A DNA stretch of 64,000 nucleotides from Aquificaceae bacterium (GTDB lineage Bacteria > Aquificota > Aquificia > Aquificales > Aquificaceae), in NCBI GenBank assembly GCA_037925075.1, contig JAXSNR010000001.1:320001-384000 (forward strand), written 5' to 3'. The translations under genes were made by a program, and so were the position numbers. Under the pieces are notes generated by a model, which was not told where the DNA came from, ran no database searches, and saw only the letters and a program-made list of their open reading frames with translations. Below, one piece after another: positions 47,339 to 57,746 of the stretch. Each line of letters begins with the position of its first letter. Position 1 is the first letter of the stretch.

Positions 47339-48724
47339 ATGCGAGCCCTTGTTCTCTCCGCAGGTCTTGGAACTCGTTTCAAAAGTGAAAAGCCGAAGGT
47401 TATGCATACTTTGCTGGGCAAGCCTATGCTTTGGTATGTACTAAAAGTCCTGAAGGATTTGCATATAGAGGATATTGCCTTAGTGGTAGGGTACAAGGCG
47501 GAAGACATAAGAAGCTACTTTGGTGAGGCCTACAACTACTTTTACCAATCAAACCCAAAGGGTGGAACCGGAGATGCGGTACTTTCAGCGGTAGATTTCT
47601 GGAGGGATTATGAGGGCTATCTTCTGATAATAAACGGAGACTCTCCTCTTGTGAAGGCACAAACCCTTAAAAACATGCAAAGGTACATACATATGGTAGA
47701 AGAGTACGAGGGCATAAAGCTAAGTGGTCTTTTGCTTTCCGCACAGCTACCAGACCCTACGGGTTATGGAAGGGTGGTAAAGGACGATAAGGGCAATGTG
47801 ATAAAGGTGGTAGAAGAGAAGGATGCCAACTTTGAAGAAAAACTCATAAGGGAGATAAACGGAGGCGTTTATATCTTCTACTGTCCCCATCTCCTTGAGG
47901 CCCTTTATAGGGTTAAACCAAGCCCTATAACAGGAGAGGTTTATCTTACGGAGGTGTTTTCCATAATGCACCAGATGGGCTACAAGGTTAGAAGTTTTAT
48001 GGCGGAAGATATCTCGGAAGTTATGGGTGTGAATACCCGATGGGAACTGGCGGTGGCAGAAAACCTTATAAGGCTTAGAATATTGCAACAATGGGCGGAA
48101 AGGGGCAACACCATACATCAGCCGGAAAGCGTGTGGATTGAGCCCGATGTGGTCTTGGAGGGAGATGTGGAAATCTATCCGGACGCTATGCTCAAGGGCA
48201 ACACAAAAGTAGGCAGAGGTGTAATTGTAGGGAAGGGTAGCCTTTTGGAAAACTCTACGGTGGAAGAGAAGGCGATAATAGAGCCCTACTCTATAGTGAA
48301 AAACTCACATATAAAGTCTGGAGCGGTGGTAGGACCCTTTGCCCATGTGAGAGAAAACAGTCTAATAGGAAAAGGTAGCCATATAGGAAACTTTGTGGAG
48401 GTTAAAAAGTCCTTCATAGGAGAGAGGGTCAGAGCTAAGCACCTTTCATACATAGGGGATGCAACCCTCGAAGATGATGTAAATGTAGGTGCGGGGGTGG
48501 TCTTTGCCAACTTTGACGGAAAAAGAAAGTATGAAAGCTACGTAGGTAAAGGTGCTTTCATAGGTAGCAACTCCTTAATAATAGCTCCCATAAAGCTTGG
48601 AAGTTATTCCTTTGTGGCCGGTGGTTCTGTAATTAGCAGGAATATTCCAGAGGGTGATTTAGCAATCACAAGACCTAGATTGAGAATTTATAAGGACAAA
48701 GGGAGAGAGAAACTCCTTGATTAG
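47339..48724 (+). CDS. glmU: Bifunctional GlmU
   Basis: LSAGLGTRFKS.KPK, GYGR and HLSYIGDA motifs. Confidence 0.95.
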   Translation: MRALVLSAGLGTRFKSEKPKVMHTLLGKPMLWYVLKVLKDLHIEDIALVVGYKAEDIRSYFGEAYNYFYQSNPKGGTGDAVLSAVDFWRDYEGYLLIINGDSPLVKAQTLKNMQRYIHMVEEYEGIKLSGLLLSAQLPDPTGYGRVVKDDKGNVIKVVEEKDANFEEKLIREINGGVYIFYCPHLLEALYRVKPSPITGEVYLTEVFSIMHQMGYKVRSFMAEDISEVMGVNTRWELAVAENLIRLRILQQWAERGNTIHQPESVWIEPDVVLEGDVEIYPDAMLKGNTKVGRGVIVGKGSLLENSTVEEKAIIEPYSIVKNSHIKSGAVVGPFAHVRENSLIGKGSHIGNFVEVKKSFIGERVRAKHLSYIGDATLEDDVNVGAGVVFANFDGKRKYESYVGKGAFIGSNSLIIAPIKLGSYSFVAGGSVISRNIPEGDLAITRPRLRIYKDKGREKLLD

Positions 48725-48756
48725 CTAAGGGTTAAATGCTATAATTATATGCCTTA

Positions 48757-48829
48757 GAGCCGGTAGCTCAGTCGGCAGAGCAACGGACTTTTAATCCGTG
48801 GGTCGCGGGTTCGACTCCCGCCCGGCTCA
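48757..48829 (+). tRNA. tRNA-Lys(TTT)
   Basis: GAGCCGG/CCGGCTC acceptor stem, ACGGA-CTTTTAA-TCCGT anticodon arm, GTTCGAC T-loop. Confidence 0.95.
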
Positions 48830-49546
48830 TACTGCAAGCCTTTCCAGCTCTCTCCTCTTTATTATCTCTATATAGCCCCTCTCCGCATTTATAATACCCT
48901 GCTTTTTCCACTTGCTCATAACCCTTATGGTAGTCTCCACTGTTGTACCTGTCATCTCCGCTATGTCAAGCCTTGTAAGCGGTGCGTCTATAACGATAAC
49001 ATCTTCGTATTTTTTACCTATTCTGTCCGCTATCTCAAGCAAAACCTTTGCAATCCTTTCTTCCACCTTACCTCCTGCTATACTTTTGAGGGTTTCATAG
49101 CTATGAAGAAGGGTAGCGGTAGCTTCACAGGTCATCTTTATGGCAATGGCAGGATGCTTTATAGATAGGTTTATAAAGTCTTTGTTGGAAATATAAAGGG
49201 TTTTGCTCTCTATCATCGCCTTTGCGGTATAGGTGTTTCTTGGCACCTTTTTGCCCCACTCTATCCAGCCAAATACGTCTCCGGGATATACGAGCCTCAC
49301 TATAACAATCCTCGCATCATGGGTCTCTTTAAGGAGCTTTATAAGGCCATCCACAAGTATATAAACACCCGGCTCCGCCTCTTCTTCAAAGAAGAGATAC
49401 TCGTTCCTCCTGAATTCTCTTACCTGCATATATTTAAGAGCATTCCTTAACTCATCCTCGGATAAGTCTTCAAAGATATGAACCCTTTTTAGCATATCAA
49501 TCTTTAGGTCCTGAGCCTGCCTTTCTCTAAAAGCTTCTTTTGCCAT
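48827..49546 (-). CDS. Crp/Fnr family transcription regulator (Dnr/NnrR-like, no Fe-S Cys cluster)
   Basis: cNMP-binding fold and HTH LTRLDIAEMTGTTVETTIR. Confidence 0.9.
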   Translation of the reverse strand: MAKEAFRERQAQDLKIDMLKRVHIFEDLSEDELRNALKYMQVREFRRNEYLFFEEEAEPGVYILVDGLIKLLKETHDARIVIVRLVYPGDVFGWIEWGKKVPRNTYTAKAMIESKTLYISNKDFINLSIKHPAIAIKMTCEATATLLHSYETLKSIAGGKVEERIAKVLLEIADRIGKKYEDVIVIDAPLTRLDIAEMTGTTVETTIRVMSKWKKQGIINAERGYIEIIKRRELERLAV

Positions 49547-50580
49547 CCCTTACCTCCTATGATTACTTGGGGTTCAAACACCACATAATCCGTATGAAAA
49601 GAAACTCTGTTGATGCCTCCAAAGGTATGGTTGTCTCCTATGGCTATATGCACAGTGCCTAAGATCTTCTCCGCTTCCAACACATTGTCTGGCTTTTTTG
49701 CACCCGGATTTGTACCAACGCCAAACTCCGCAATTACGCGAGCATTATCGTACCTTTTGAAAACCTCCTCAAGGTAATTCCTGTAAGGGTCAAAGCCTTC
49801 CATCTCCTCCACACAGCCATTTTGGAATTTCAGGGTTATAGGTCTTTCAAGCTTTCTGTCAGGTCCATAGGTTATGGTTAGCCTTCCAAAGGCTGAGTCT
49901 TCAAGAGGTGCCACAAAGGCTTCACCCGCAGGCAAGTTTCCATACTGACCCTTTTCATGGAAAAGACCAGTATCCGCGATAGCTTTTCTTCCCATCACAG
50001 AAAACTCCATATCCGTGCCTTCCGCTTTTACATGAACCCACTCCGCTTCGGAAAGCATGTCCGCCACATCAAGGCTTAAGCTAGCCACATAGTTCCAATC
50101 TACGTTCATGGGACCATTAAACATCTGGGGTTCAAAAAGTGGCATGCTTGCGTATCTACAGCCAAAGCCTTCCGTTAGAGCCTTCCTAAAAAAGGTGTGG
50201 GTGGTTGAATAGTAGGGGAATGCAATCACCACCTGTGGCACATCTTCCGCATAGGCTTTTAAAATATCCAAAGCTTCTGCGTCCGAATAGTCTTCTTTGA
50301 AAAGAATCTTTTCAAAAAGCCCCATCTTCCTTAACTCATCCACCGCCCTATCTCCAAAGGTAAGCCTCCAGACCTCTTCGGGTGGTTCCTTGCCATGACC
50401 CTTTAAGGAGGGATAGACCCAATGCTTTACCCTTTTGGTTATAGCCCTTGCCACCTCTACAAACTGACCTATTAGCTCCACAAGATAGTCCTTTTCTGTA
50501 TCTGTCAGCAAAAGCAAAGCTTCGTCTTCCTTTAAACCCATATTCACCTTGTAAAGCTTGTAGATATGTTCTTCATACAT
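49504..50580 (-). CDS. Aminopeptidase (M29-like)
   Basis: NLPAGEAF, AEFGVGTN, EAEK and HIAIG motifs. Confidence 0.85.
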   Translation of the reverse strand: MYEEHIYKLYKVNMGLKEDEALLLLTDTEKDYLVELIGQFVEVARAITKRVKHWVYPSLKGHGKEPPEEVWRLTFGDRAVDELRKMGLFEKILFKEDYSDAEALDILKAYAEDVPQVVIAFPYYSTTHTFFRKALTEGFGCRYASMPLFEPQMFNGPMNVDWNYVASLSLDVADMLSEAEWVHVKAEGTDMEFSVMGRKAIADTGLFHEKGQYGNLPAGEAFVAPLEDSAFGRLTITYGPDRKLERPITLKFQNGCVEEMEGFDPYRNYLEEVFKRYDNARVIAEFGVGTNPGAKKPDNVLEAEKILGTVHIAIGDNHTFGGINRVSFHTDYVVFEPQVIIGGKGWQKKLLEKGRLRT

Positions 50581-50612
50581 GGCTCTTAATCATAAATTTA
50601 TTTCAATTTACC

Positions 50613-52181
50613 CTATGGCAAGGGCAGTCTCAAGCCACCGAGCAGGTATTTAAGGTCATTGTCGGTAAACATAAGCCCCACTCCACCAAAAATACCTCTT
50701 AGCTTGGCATTCAGCAGGTCATCACCGCCAAACCTCAAATACAAAGGGCCGTTTACCTTATAGTTTACACCTGCCTGAAGGTTTGGCTTTAGGTCCTTGT
50801 CCTGGGGTCTATCCTTTCTTCCAAAGTCCCACAGGTCTGTGGTGAAGGCAAGTCTATCTGAGTATATAAAGTCCGCACCTATTCCACCTGTGGATTCTTT
50901 TAGCCCACCTCTGAGTACGAGTTCCTTGCCAAATAAAGGAAATACCCTTGCATACTGAAGGGTAATTTCTGGTTTAAACTCCCTTTTAACTATCCACTGG
51001 TTGGGAATTATTTCTTCCTTATAGACCCTACCTCTTGAGTCCCCAACAACCTCCAAAAGATAGTATTTCTCATTATCGGGTTGTAGCTTTACAGTAAGAA
51101 CACCCTTTGAATCTCCACCCCTGTAAAGTTCACCCCTAAAGCCTATGTACAGGTTTGTCCTTTCAGCCAGATCTCCAACCTTGCCTAAAGCTCTTGTACC
51201 GGCGGTTATGTTCTTGTATAGCTCTTCGTCCTTTACTAGCTTTCCAAGAGTTCCTTCACCTCTTTCCACCTGTGCCAATATGCTATTTAGTTTTTCGGAG
51301 CTTTCTTTGAGGGACCTTGTGAGTTCAGAAAGGTTGGCGGTGGTGGTCCTTATGTCTTGCCTGTTTTCCATAACCACCGCATTCAAGTTCCTTGAAAGTT
51401 CGTTTAGGTTTCTTGAAAGCTCAGGAAGTGTAGCTTTGAGGTCACCGCTTAGCTGTCTTATGTTCATAACTGTTTCCCTGATATCATGCCTGTTTTCACT
51501 TGTTATGGCTTCAAGATTCTTTGCAAGCCTGTCTATGCTCTCTATGGTCTGTGGAAGTGTTCTGTTTAAGTTGTAGGCAAGAAGGTTTATGTTGTGTATG
51601 GCTCCTTTTAGAGCATCCCTGTTTTCCAAGGCTATGAGATTAAGGTTGTGGGTGAGCATTTCTAAGTTCTGCACCACCTTCCTTATATCTTCCCTGTTTT
51701 CGGAAAGTATAAGCTGGAAGTTTTCCACCATAAGCCTTATAGCAGTTGAGGCGTCTGTCATTTGCTTTATGAGAAGGTCTGTATCCGCATAGCCAAGAAC
51801 CTTACTTATGGCTTGTCCCTCTTTAAGCACACCCGCTTTGGGTGTACCTGGGTAGACGCTCAGATATTTATCACCCATGAGGCCAAGGGTTCCTATTTCT
51901 GCCTGCGCATCTTTGTAAAGGGTTATATCCTTGTCAAGTTCTATGACCACCTCCACTTTACCATCCCTCAAGCTAACAGACCTCACTTTTCCGCTTTTTA
52001 TACCAGCGACCCTTACTTCCGCACCCACGCTCAGCCCTGCCACGTTGTCAAAGTAAGCCCTGTATGTTTTTACCGCAGGCCTGAAAAGGGGCACTTCCCC
52101 AAAGGTAAGTATGAGAAAGGCAAAGCCAAGAGAGAATAAAAGTACAAGAAAACCTACCTTGGCTTCGTTGGAAAATCTCAT
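50613..52181 (-). CDS. MlaD/MCE family protein with long helical region
   Basis: N-terminal TM, GLSVGAEVRVAGIKSGKV MCE motif, GEGTLGKLV. Confidence 0.88.
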   Translation of the reverse strand: MRFSNEAKVGFLVLLFSLGFAFLILTFGEVPLFRPAVKTYRAYFDNVAGLSVGAEVRVAGIKSGKVRSVSLRDGKVEVVIELDKDITLYKDAQAEIGTLGLMGDKYLSVYPGTPKAGVLKEGQAISKVLGYADTDLLIKQMTDASTAIRLMVENFQLILSENREDIRKVVQNLEMLTHNLNLIALENRDALKGAIHNINLLAYNLNRTLPQTIESIDRLAKNLEAITSENRHDIRETVMNIRQLSGDLKATLPELSRNLNELSRNLNAVVMENRQDIRTTTANLSELTRSLKESSEKLNSILAQVERGEGTLGKLVKDEELYKNITAGTRALGKVGDLAERTNLYIGFRGELYRGGDSKGVLTVKLQPDNEKYYLLEVVGDSRGRVYKEEIIPNQWIVKREFKPEITLQYARVFPLFGKELVLRGGLKESTGGIGADFIYSDRLAFTTDLWDFGRKDRPQDKDLKPNLQAGVNYKVNGPLYLRFGGDDLLNAKLRGIFGGVGLMFTDNDLKYLLGGLRLPLP

Positions 52182-52196
52182 GCTTAAATTATAGCC

Positions 52197-52877
52197 CTAA
52201 GCAATAAGTGAGTGCCAAAGTAAAATGCCATCTCTGTAGCCTAAAAGGTCTTCACAGGCTCTCTCTGGATGGGGCATAAGACCAAAGACGTTTCCCTCCT
52301 TGTTGCAAACGCCCGCTATGTGGGATATGGAACCGTTGGGATTAGCAAGAGGGCTTGTATCACCCCCCTCATCGCAGTACCTCAGAACCACTTGCCCCCT
52401 TTCCTCCATGAGCATTAGCTCTTCCTCTGGCACGTAATACCTCCCTTCTCCGTGGGCTATGGGAAGCCTTATGACCTCACCCTTCTCAAGCCTTCTGGTA
52501 AAAGGCAAAGAGTTGTTTTCTACCCTAAGGTAGACATCCTTACACAAAAACACCATGCTTTCGTTTTTTAGCAAAGCTCCGGGCAGTAGACGAAGCTCCG
52601 TAAGTATCTGAAAGCCGTTGCATATGCCAAGCACAAGCCCACCTCTTTGAGCAAAATCTACTATTGCACTACCCAATGGAGTTTTGCTGGCAAGCACGCC
52701 AGCCCTCAGATAATCCCCAAAGGAAAAACCACCCGGAAGAACCACGCAGTCAAAACCCTCCAGATTTCTTGTGTGGTGGTCTACAAAGCTTACCTCTTGC
52801 CCAAGAAGGTCCCTTATCACATAGTAGGTATCATAATCGCAGTTAGAACCGGGAAAGACGCAAACCGCAAACCTCAT
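52197..52877 (-). CDS. purQ: FGAM synthase glutaminase subunit
   Basis: FPGSNCD, GICNGFQ and MPHPE motifs. Confidence 0.96.
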   Translation of the reverse strand: MRFAVCVFPGSNCDYDTYYVIRDLLGQEVSFVDHHTRNLEGFDCVVLPGGFSFGDYLRAGVLASKTPLGSAIVDFAQRGGLVLGICNGFQILTELRLLPGALLKNESMVFLCKDVYLRVENNSLPFTRRLEKGEVIRLPIAHGEGRYYVPEEELMLMEERGQVVLRYCDEGGDTSPLANPNGSISHIAGVCNKEGNVFGLMPHPERACEDLLGYRDGILLWHSLIA

Positions 52878-53086
52878 TCTATAACATACTCCTCCACTAA
52901 GGGATTTACAAGATACTTTTCAACAAGAGTTTTTATGTCCGTCCCCTCTCCCACTTCAAGCTCTACCACCTTACCCACCTTTACATCTTTTATGTCAAAC
53001 CCGCCCTCAAGGAGCATTTCCTTAACCGCCCTGCCTTCAGGGTCAAGAAGCCCTCTCTTTGGAAGTATAAGAACTCTTATCTTCAT
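52874..53086 (-). CDS. purS: FGAM synthase subunit PurS
   Basis: LDPEG and LVNPLVE motifs; upstream of purQ. Confidence 0.93.
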   Translation of the reverse strand: MKIRVLILPKRGLLDPEGRAVKEMLLEGGFDIKDVKVGKVVELEVGEGTDIKTLVEKYLVNPLVEEYVIE

Positions 53087-53108
53087 GAGTCCTTATTATA
53101 ATGTAAGT

Positions 53109-54902
53109 ATGCTAAAAAGGACCAGATACTGCGGGAATATATCTGAGCAGGACCTCGGAAAAGAAGTTGTGCTCAACGGCTGGGTGCACCGCGTAAGAAA
53201 CCATGGTGGGGTCATATTCATAGACCTCAGAGATAGAGAGGGTGTGGTGCAATGTGTGGTGGAGGAAAAGACAACACCACAAGCCTACGAGTTTGCGGAC
53301 AGCATCAGGTCTGAGTACGTGATAGCCATAAGAGGCACCGTCAGAAGAAGACCGCCGGGCACCGAAAACCCAAGGCTAAAGACGGGAAACTATGAGGTGT
53401 TGGTGCAAGAGCTTGAACTTCTTAACACCTCAGAGACCTTGCCCTTTCCAGTGGATGAGGAAACTCCTCTGTCGGAGGAAACAAAGCTTCGCTACCGGTA
53501 CCTTGACCTGAGAAGGGAAAGCGCAAAAGAAAACCTTCTTTTCAGGCACAGGGCCTATCAGTTGATAAGGAAAGTGTTCGTTGAAGAGGGCTTTGTGGAA
53601 ATAGAGACCCCTTTCCTTACCAAATCCACACCGGAAGGTGCAAGGGACTTTTTGGTGCCCTCAAGGCTTCATCCCGGTAAGTTTTATGCCCTTCCCCAGT
53701 CTCCACAGCTCTTTAAACAGGTGCTTATGGTGGCAGGTTTTGACAGGTACTTTCAGATTGTTAAGTGCCTAAGAGACGAGGACCTACGTGCAGACCGCCA
53801 GCCGGAATTTACACAGATAGACTTTGAAATGTCCTTCGTGGATGAAGAGGATGTAATTGCTTTTAGTGAAAGGCTTATATATACACTTTTCAAGGAGCTT
53901 TTGGGTGTTGAGCTAAAGCTACCCTTTGACCGCATCCCTTACCAAAAAGCTATGGAGACCTACGGCTCAGACAAGCCAGACAGGAGGTTTGGGCTTGAGC
54001 TTGTGGAGCTTTCGGATATCTTTCAAAGGACGGAGTTTAAGGTATTCAGTCAAGCCCTTGAGTCAGGCGGAGTTGTAAAAGCCATAAACTTCAAAGGTTC
54101 AAACCTTTCAAGAAAAGAGATAGATGAGCTTACCCAGTTTGTCCAAAGCCTTGGAGCCAAGGGTCTTGCTTGGATAAGGGTGGAAGATGGAAGGCTAAAC
54201 TCTCCCATATTGAAGTTCTTCTCTCAGGAAGAGACGCAAAAACTCTTAGAAAGGGTTAAGGCTGAACCGGGCGATGTGGTCTTTTTCTCCGCGGACAAGA
54301 AGGAAACGGTCTATAGGATTCTTGGAAACCTCAGACTACACATTGGCAAAAAGTACAACCTTATAGACACAAGCAGGTTTGACCTCTTTTGGGTTGTGGA
54401 TTTCCCCCTTATGGAGTGGGACGAAGAGGAAAAAAGGTTTGTATCCTTGCACCACCCCTTTACATCACCAAAGGAGGAGGATGTACCTCTTCTTGAAAGG
54501 GCTTTGCAAACGCAGGATTTAGAAGAAAGAAAAAGGCTTGTTCACTCTGTAAAAGCCAGGGCTTACGACCTTGTAATAAACGGCTATGAGGTGGGAGGAG
54601 GTTCCATTAGGATACACAAAAAAGAGCTTCAGGAGTTGGTTTTTAAACTCCTTGAGATACCAGAAATGGAAGCCAGAGAAAAGTTTGGCTTTTTGCTGGA
54701 TGCTTTGCGTTTTGGAGCACCGCCTCACGGAGGGCTTGCCTTTGGACTTGACAGGCTTATCGCCATAATGAGAGGGCTTGACTCTATCCGGGATGTAATA
54801 GCCTTTCCAAAGACGCAAAAGGGCATATGCCCACTTACGGGTGCACCCGACTATGTGGAGCCGAAACAGTTAAAAGAGCTACATATAAGAGTGGTGGAAT
54901 GA
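53109..54902 (+). CDS. aspS: Aspartyl-tRNA synthetase
   Basis: MLKRTRYCG start; [18 protein letters not shown] and PPHGG motifs. Confidence 0.96.
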   Translation: MLKRTRYCGNISEQDLGKEVVLNGWVHRVRNHGGVIFIDLRDREGVVQCVVEEKTTPQAYEFADSIRSEYVIAIRGTVRRRPPGTENPRLKTGNYEVLVQELELLNTSETLPFPVDEETPLSEETKLRYRYLDLRRESAKENLLFRHRAYQLIRKVFVEEGFVEIETPFLTKSTPEGARDFLVPSRLHPGKFYALPQSPQLFKQVLMVAGFDRYFQIVKCLRDEDLRADRQPEFTQIDFEMSFVDEEDVIAFSERLIYTLFKELLGVELKLPFDRIPYQKAMETYGSDKPDRRFGLELVELSDIFQRTEFKVFSQALESGGVVKAINFKGSNLSRKEIDELTQFVQSLGAKGLAWIRVEDGRLNSPILKFFSQEETQKLLERVKAEPGDVVFFSADKKETVYRILGNLRLHIGKKYNLIDTSRFDLFWVVDFPLMEWDEEEKRFVSLHHPFTSPKEEDVPLLERALQTQDLEERKRLVHSVKARAYDLVINGYEVGGGSIRIHKKELQELVFKLLEIPEMEAREKFGFLLDALRFGAPPHGGLAFGLDRLIAIMRGLDSIRDVIAFPKTQKGICPLTGAPDYVEPKQLKELHIRVVE

Positions 54903-55813
54903 GGTATATTCGCATAGGCACACGCAAAAGCAAGTTAGCCCTTTGGCAGGCTAACTACGTCAAGGAAAGGCTTGAAGCTCAAGGCTATAGTGTAGAGCTT
55001 GTGCTTATAAAAACCACCGGAGATAAGATTCTTGACGCACCGCTGGCAAAGATAGGTGGAAAGGGGCTTTTTGTAAAGGAGATAGAGGAAGCACTTCTGA
55101 GAGGTGATATAGACCTTGCGGTGCACTCTTTAAAGGATGTGCCCATGAGCCTACCTGAGGGTCTTACCCTTGGAGCCATAACGGAGAGGGAAGAGCCTTT
55201 TGATGTGCTTATTTCAAGGGAAGGTAAGACCTTAGAAGAGCTTCCAGAGATGGCTGTGGTTGGCACTTCCTCCTTGAGGAGACAAGTTCAGATAAGGAAA
55301 AAGAGACCAGACCTAAGGGTTGAGGTCTTGCGTGGAAACGTGGATACAAGGCTTAGGAAGTTGGATGAAGGGCTTTACGATGCCATAGTGCTTGCCTATG
55401 CAGGCGTTAGGAGAATGGGGTTTGAGGATAGAATAACCAGTGTTTTAAAGGATTTTATACCTGCGGTAGGGCAAGGTAGCCTTGCCATAGAGGTAAGGGA
55501 GGGAGATGAAAGGGTGCTTGAGGCTATTGCCTTTCTTGACCATAAGGAGAGCCATATCAGAGCCAAGTGTGAAAGAGCCTTTCTGAGAGAGCTTCAAGGT
55601 GGTTGTCAAGTGCCCATAGGAGCGTACGCATGGCTTGAAGAGGGAAGGCTAAAACTGAAAGCCTTTATATCTGACCTTGAAGGCAAAAGGTTCTTGGAAG
55701 GCATGGAAGAAGGAAGTCCAGAAGAGGCGGAACAGATGGGTATAAAGCTTGCAAAAAGACTCTTAGATGCGGGCGGTAGGGATATACTCAGAGAGATATA
55801 CCTTCAAAGCTGA
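54899..55813 (+). CDS. hemC: Porphobilinogen deaminase
   Basis: [18 protein letters not shown] and GGCQVP motifs. Confidence 0.96.
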   Translation: MRYIRIGTRKSKLALWQANYVKERLEAQGYSVELVLIKTTGDKILDAPLAKIGGKGLFVKEIEEALLRGDIDLAVHSLKDVPMSLPEGLTLGAITEREEPFDVLISREGKTLEELPEMAVVGTSSLRRQVQIRKKRPDLRVEVLRGNVDTRLRKLDEGLYDAIVLAYAGVRRMGFEDRITSVLKDFIPAVGQGSLAIEVREGDERVLEAIAFLDHKESHIRAKCERAFLRELQGGCQVPIGAYAWLEEGRLKLKAFISDLEGKRFLEGMEEGSPEEAEQMGIKLAKRLLDAGGRDILREIYLQS

Positions 55814-56133
55814 CCTTCAAGCTCCTTTTTGTAAAACTTCCAACGTGCTGGACTGAGGCTTGAAGAACAACCAAGAGAAGACAGGTCATACACCTTTATG
55901 GCGGTAGGATTGTCTGGCGTGCTTACAAAGAAAAAGGTAGTTCCCAATGGTATGTGCCTGCTTTCTTCCTTCCAACCCTTTACCAAATGAACCAACTCAA
56001 CCAGTTTTCTTTTAACCTCATCGGAAAAAAGTTCTTCCCTTTTGCCATTCTCCTCATAAAACCACACACCATCGCTGATCTTTTCAACTATATTAAGCAT
56101 CCTTTCTTCGGATGGTATGCCGTAAAACCTCAT
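55804..56133 (-). CDS. Hypothetical protein
   Basis: 109-aa ORF with plausible composition, overlapping the upstream Uma2 gene by 4 nt. Confidence 0.65.
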   Translation of the reverse strand: MRFYGIPSEERMLNIVEKISDGVWFYEENGKREELFSDEVKRKLVELVHLVKGWKEESRHIPLGTTFFFVSTPDNPTAIKVYDLSSLGCSSSLSPARWKFYKKELEGQL

Positions 56134-56648
56134 TTCAGCACCTCCTCAAAGCTTATATTCACTTTACACTCTCCAAAGCTAAAGTTTGTGTCTGTTTTTT
56201 CCTTGTATCCGCCTTCCACAAGCTCAAAGACTTTTACAACCTTTTCATCTGGATAGACAAGCACAAAGTATTTAACACCTTCCTTTTCACAAAGTTCAAA
56301 CTTTAAACCTTCATCTATCTGTTTGCTTGAAGGTGAGACTATCTCAACCACCATATAAGGTGGCTTTTCTACTCTCTCCGGAATCTCTCCACATAAAACC
56401 ATAAGGTCTGGCCTGATAACCGTATCAAAAGAAATGTACCAATCAAGTTCAACCGCAACCATGCATTCTGGACAATTCTCCTTTAGTGAATTTATTAAAA
56501 GCCACACAAGATTTGAAAGAAGCACTTGATTTATAGGTCTTGGAGAAGCCATGGCATAAGGGATACCTTCCACAAGCTCCCAATCTCCTTGCCAACTCTT
56601 CCAATCTTCCACTGTATATTTCACTGGGTATTTTTCAGCCAAGCCCAT
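56130..56648 (-). CDS. Uma2 family (DUF820) endonuclease-fold protein
   Basis: WELVEG, RPDLMV and VVEIVSPS motifs. Confidence 0.88.
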   Translation of the reverse strand: MGLAEKYPVKYTVEDWKSWQGDWELVEGIPYAMASPRPINQVLLSNLVWLLINSLKENCPECMVAVELDWYISFDTVIRPDLMVLCGEIPERVEKPPYMVVEIVSPSSKQIDEGLKFELCEKEGVKYFVLVYPDEKVVKVFELVEGGYKEKTDTNFSFGECKVNISFEEVLK

Positions 56649-57631
56649 TAAAGCTCTCCCTTGTTTATAAGTCTTGCCACATCCTTGGCAAAGTAGGTGA
56701 TTATCATGTCCGCACCCGCTCGCTTTATGGATATAAGGGTTTCTATCATTACCCTTTTCTCGTCTATCCAGCCAAGCCTTCCACCCGCCTTTATCATTGC
56801 GTATTCACCGCTCACATTGTAGGCACACACGGGCAAAAGGGTATATTCTTTTACCTTTGCTATTATGTCAAGGTAAGCCAACGCGGGCTTTACCATCACA
56901 ATGTCCGCACCCTCTTCTACATCAAGCAAGATCTCTTTTAAGGCTTCCCGCTTGTTTGCTGGGTCCATCTGATAGCTTCTTCTGTCTCCAAAGGCTGGTG
57001 CGGACTCCGCTATTTCTCTAAAGGGTCCATAAAAGGCTGACGCATACTTGGCAGAGTATGCCATTATGGGAATGTTTTCAAAGCCGGCGGAATCAAGGGC
57101 TTCCCTCATGGCTTTTACCATTCCATCCATCATACCAGAAGGTGCGAGCATATCCGCACCGTTTTTTGCATGGGACACCGCCTGCTTTTTGAGGTTTTCC
57201 AGTGTCAGGTCGTTGTGCACATCTCCATCACACAGAACTCCACAGTGTCCATGAGTGGTGTATTCACAAAAACACACATCTGTTATCACGTAGATATCTG
57301 GTACTTCCTTTTTTATCAGCCTTAAAGCCCTCTGTATAATGCCCTCATCGCTCCAAGTGTCAGAGCCTACTTCGTCCTTGTGCTCTGGAATGCCAAAGAG
57401 TATGATTGCGGGAATACCAAGGTCTCTTACCTCCTTTACCGCATCCGCCACCTTGTCAAGACTATATCGAAAAACTCCTGGCATACTGGGAACCTCTTCC
57501 ACCACACCTTCACCATATCGGACAAAAATGGGGTATATAAGGTCATCAAGGCTAAGCTTGGTTTCTCTCACAAGCCTGCGTATGTTTTCGTTTTTTCTCA
57601 GTCTTCTTGGTCTTAGCTTTGGAAACTCCAT
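56648..57631 (-). CDS. hemB: Porphobilinogen synthase
   Basis: [20 protein letters not shown] and MVKP motifs. Confidence 0.97.
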   Translation of the reverse strand: MEFPKLRPRRLRKNENIRRLVRETKLSLDDLIYPIFVRYGEGVVEEVPSMPGVFRYSLDKVADAVKEVRDLGIPAIILFGIPEHKDEVGSDTWSDEGIIQRALRLIKKEVPDIYVITDVCFCEYTTHGHCGVLCDGDVHNDLTLENLKKQAVSHAKNGADMLAPSGMMDGMVKAMREALDSAGFENIPIMAYSAKYASAFYGPFREIAESAPAFGDRRSYQMDPANKREALKEILLDVEEGADIVMVKPALAYLDIIAKVKEYTLLPVCAYNVSGEYAMIKAGGRLGWIDEKRVMIETLISIKRAGADMIITYFAKDVARLINKGEL

Positions 57632-57650
57632 GGAATATAATATATATCAA

Positions 57651-57722
57651 GCGGGCGTAGCTCAGGGGTGGAGCGTCTGCTTCCCAAGCAGAAGGTCGCG
57701 GGTTCAAATCCCGTCGCCCGCT
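57651..57722 (+). tRNA. tRNA-Gly(CCC)
   Basis: GCGGGCG/CGCCCGC acceptor stem, TCTGC-TTCCCAA-GCAGA anticodon arm. Confidence 0.95.
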
Positions 57723-57746
57723 TATGAAAGTGTTATATTTTTATGC

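Noticed and set aside
51240..51760. Repetitive ENRxDI units in MlaD as a repeat array
   Set aside because: These are degenerate coding helical repeats typical of MCE proteins, not DNA repeats or CRISPR.
52647..53108. 154-aa N-terminal extension of AspS in the ORF track
   Set aside because: It is antisense to purS/purQ; AspS homology starts at MLKRTRYCG (53109).
56130..56648. Uma2 gene as part of a defence system
   Set aside because: Uma2 genes are common solitary genes; no partner defence genes are adjacent.
23269..57722. Integrated elements at the three tRNA genes
   Set aside because: No integrase, no duplicated tRNA 3' end, and the flanks look like core genes.
57339..57746. N-terminal extension of the HerA ORF
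   Set aside because: It overlaps hemB antisense and runs through tRNA-Gly; the real start is 57747.
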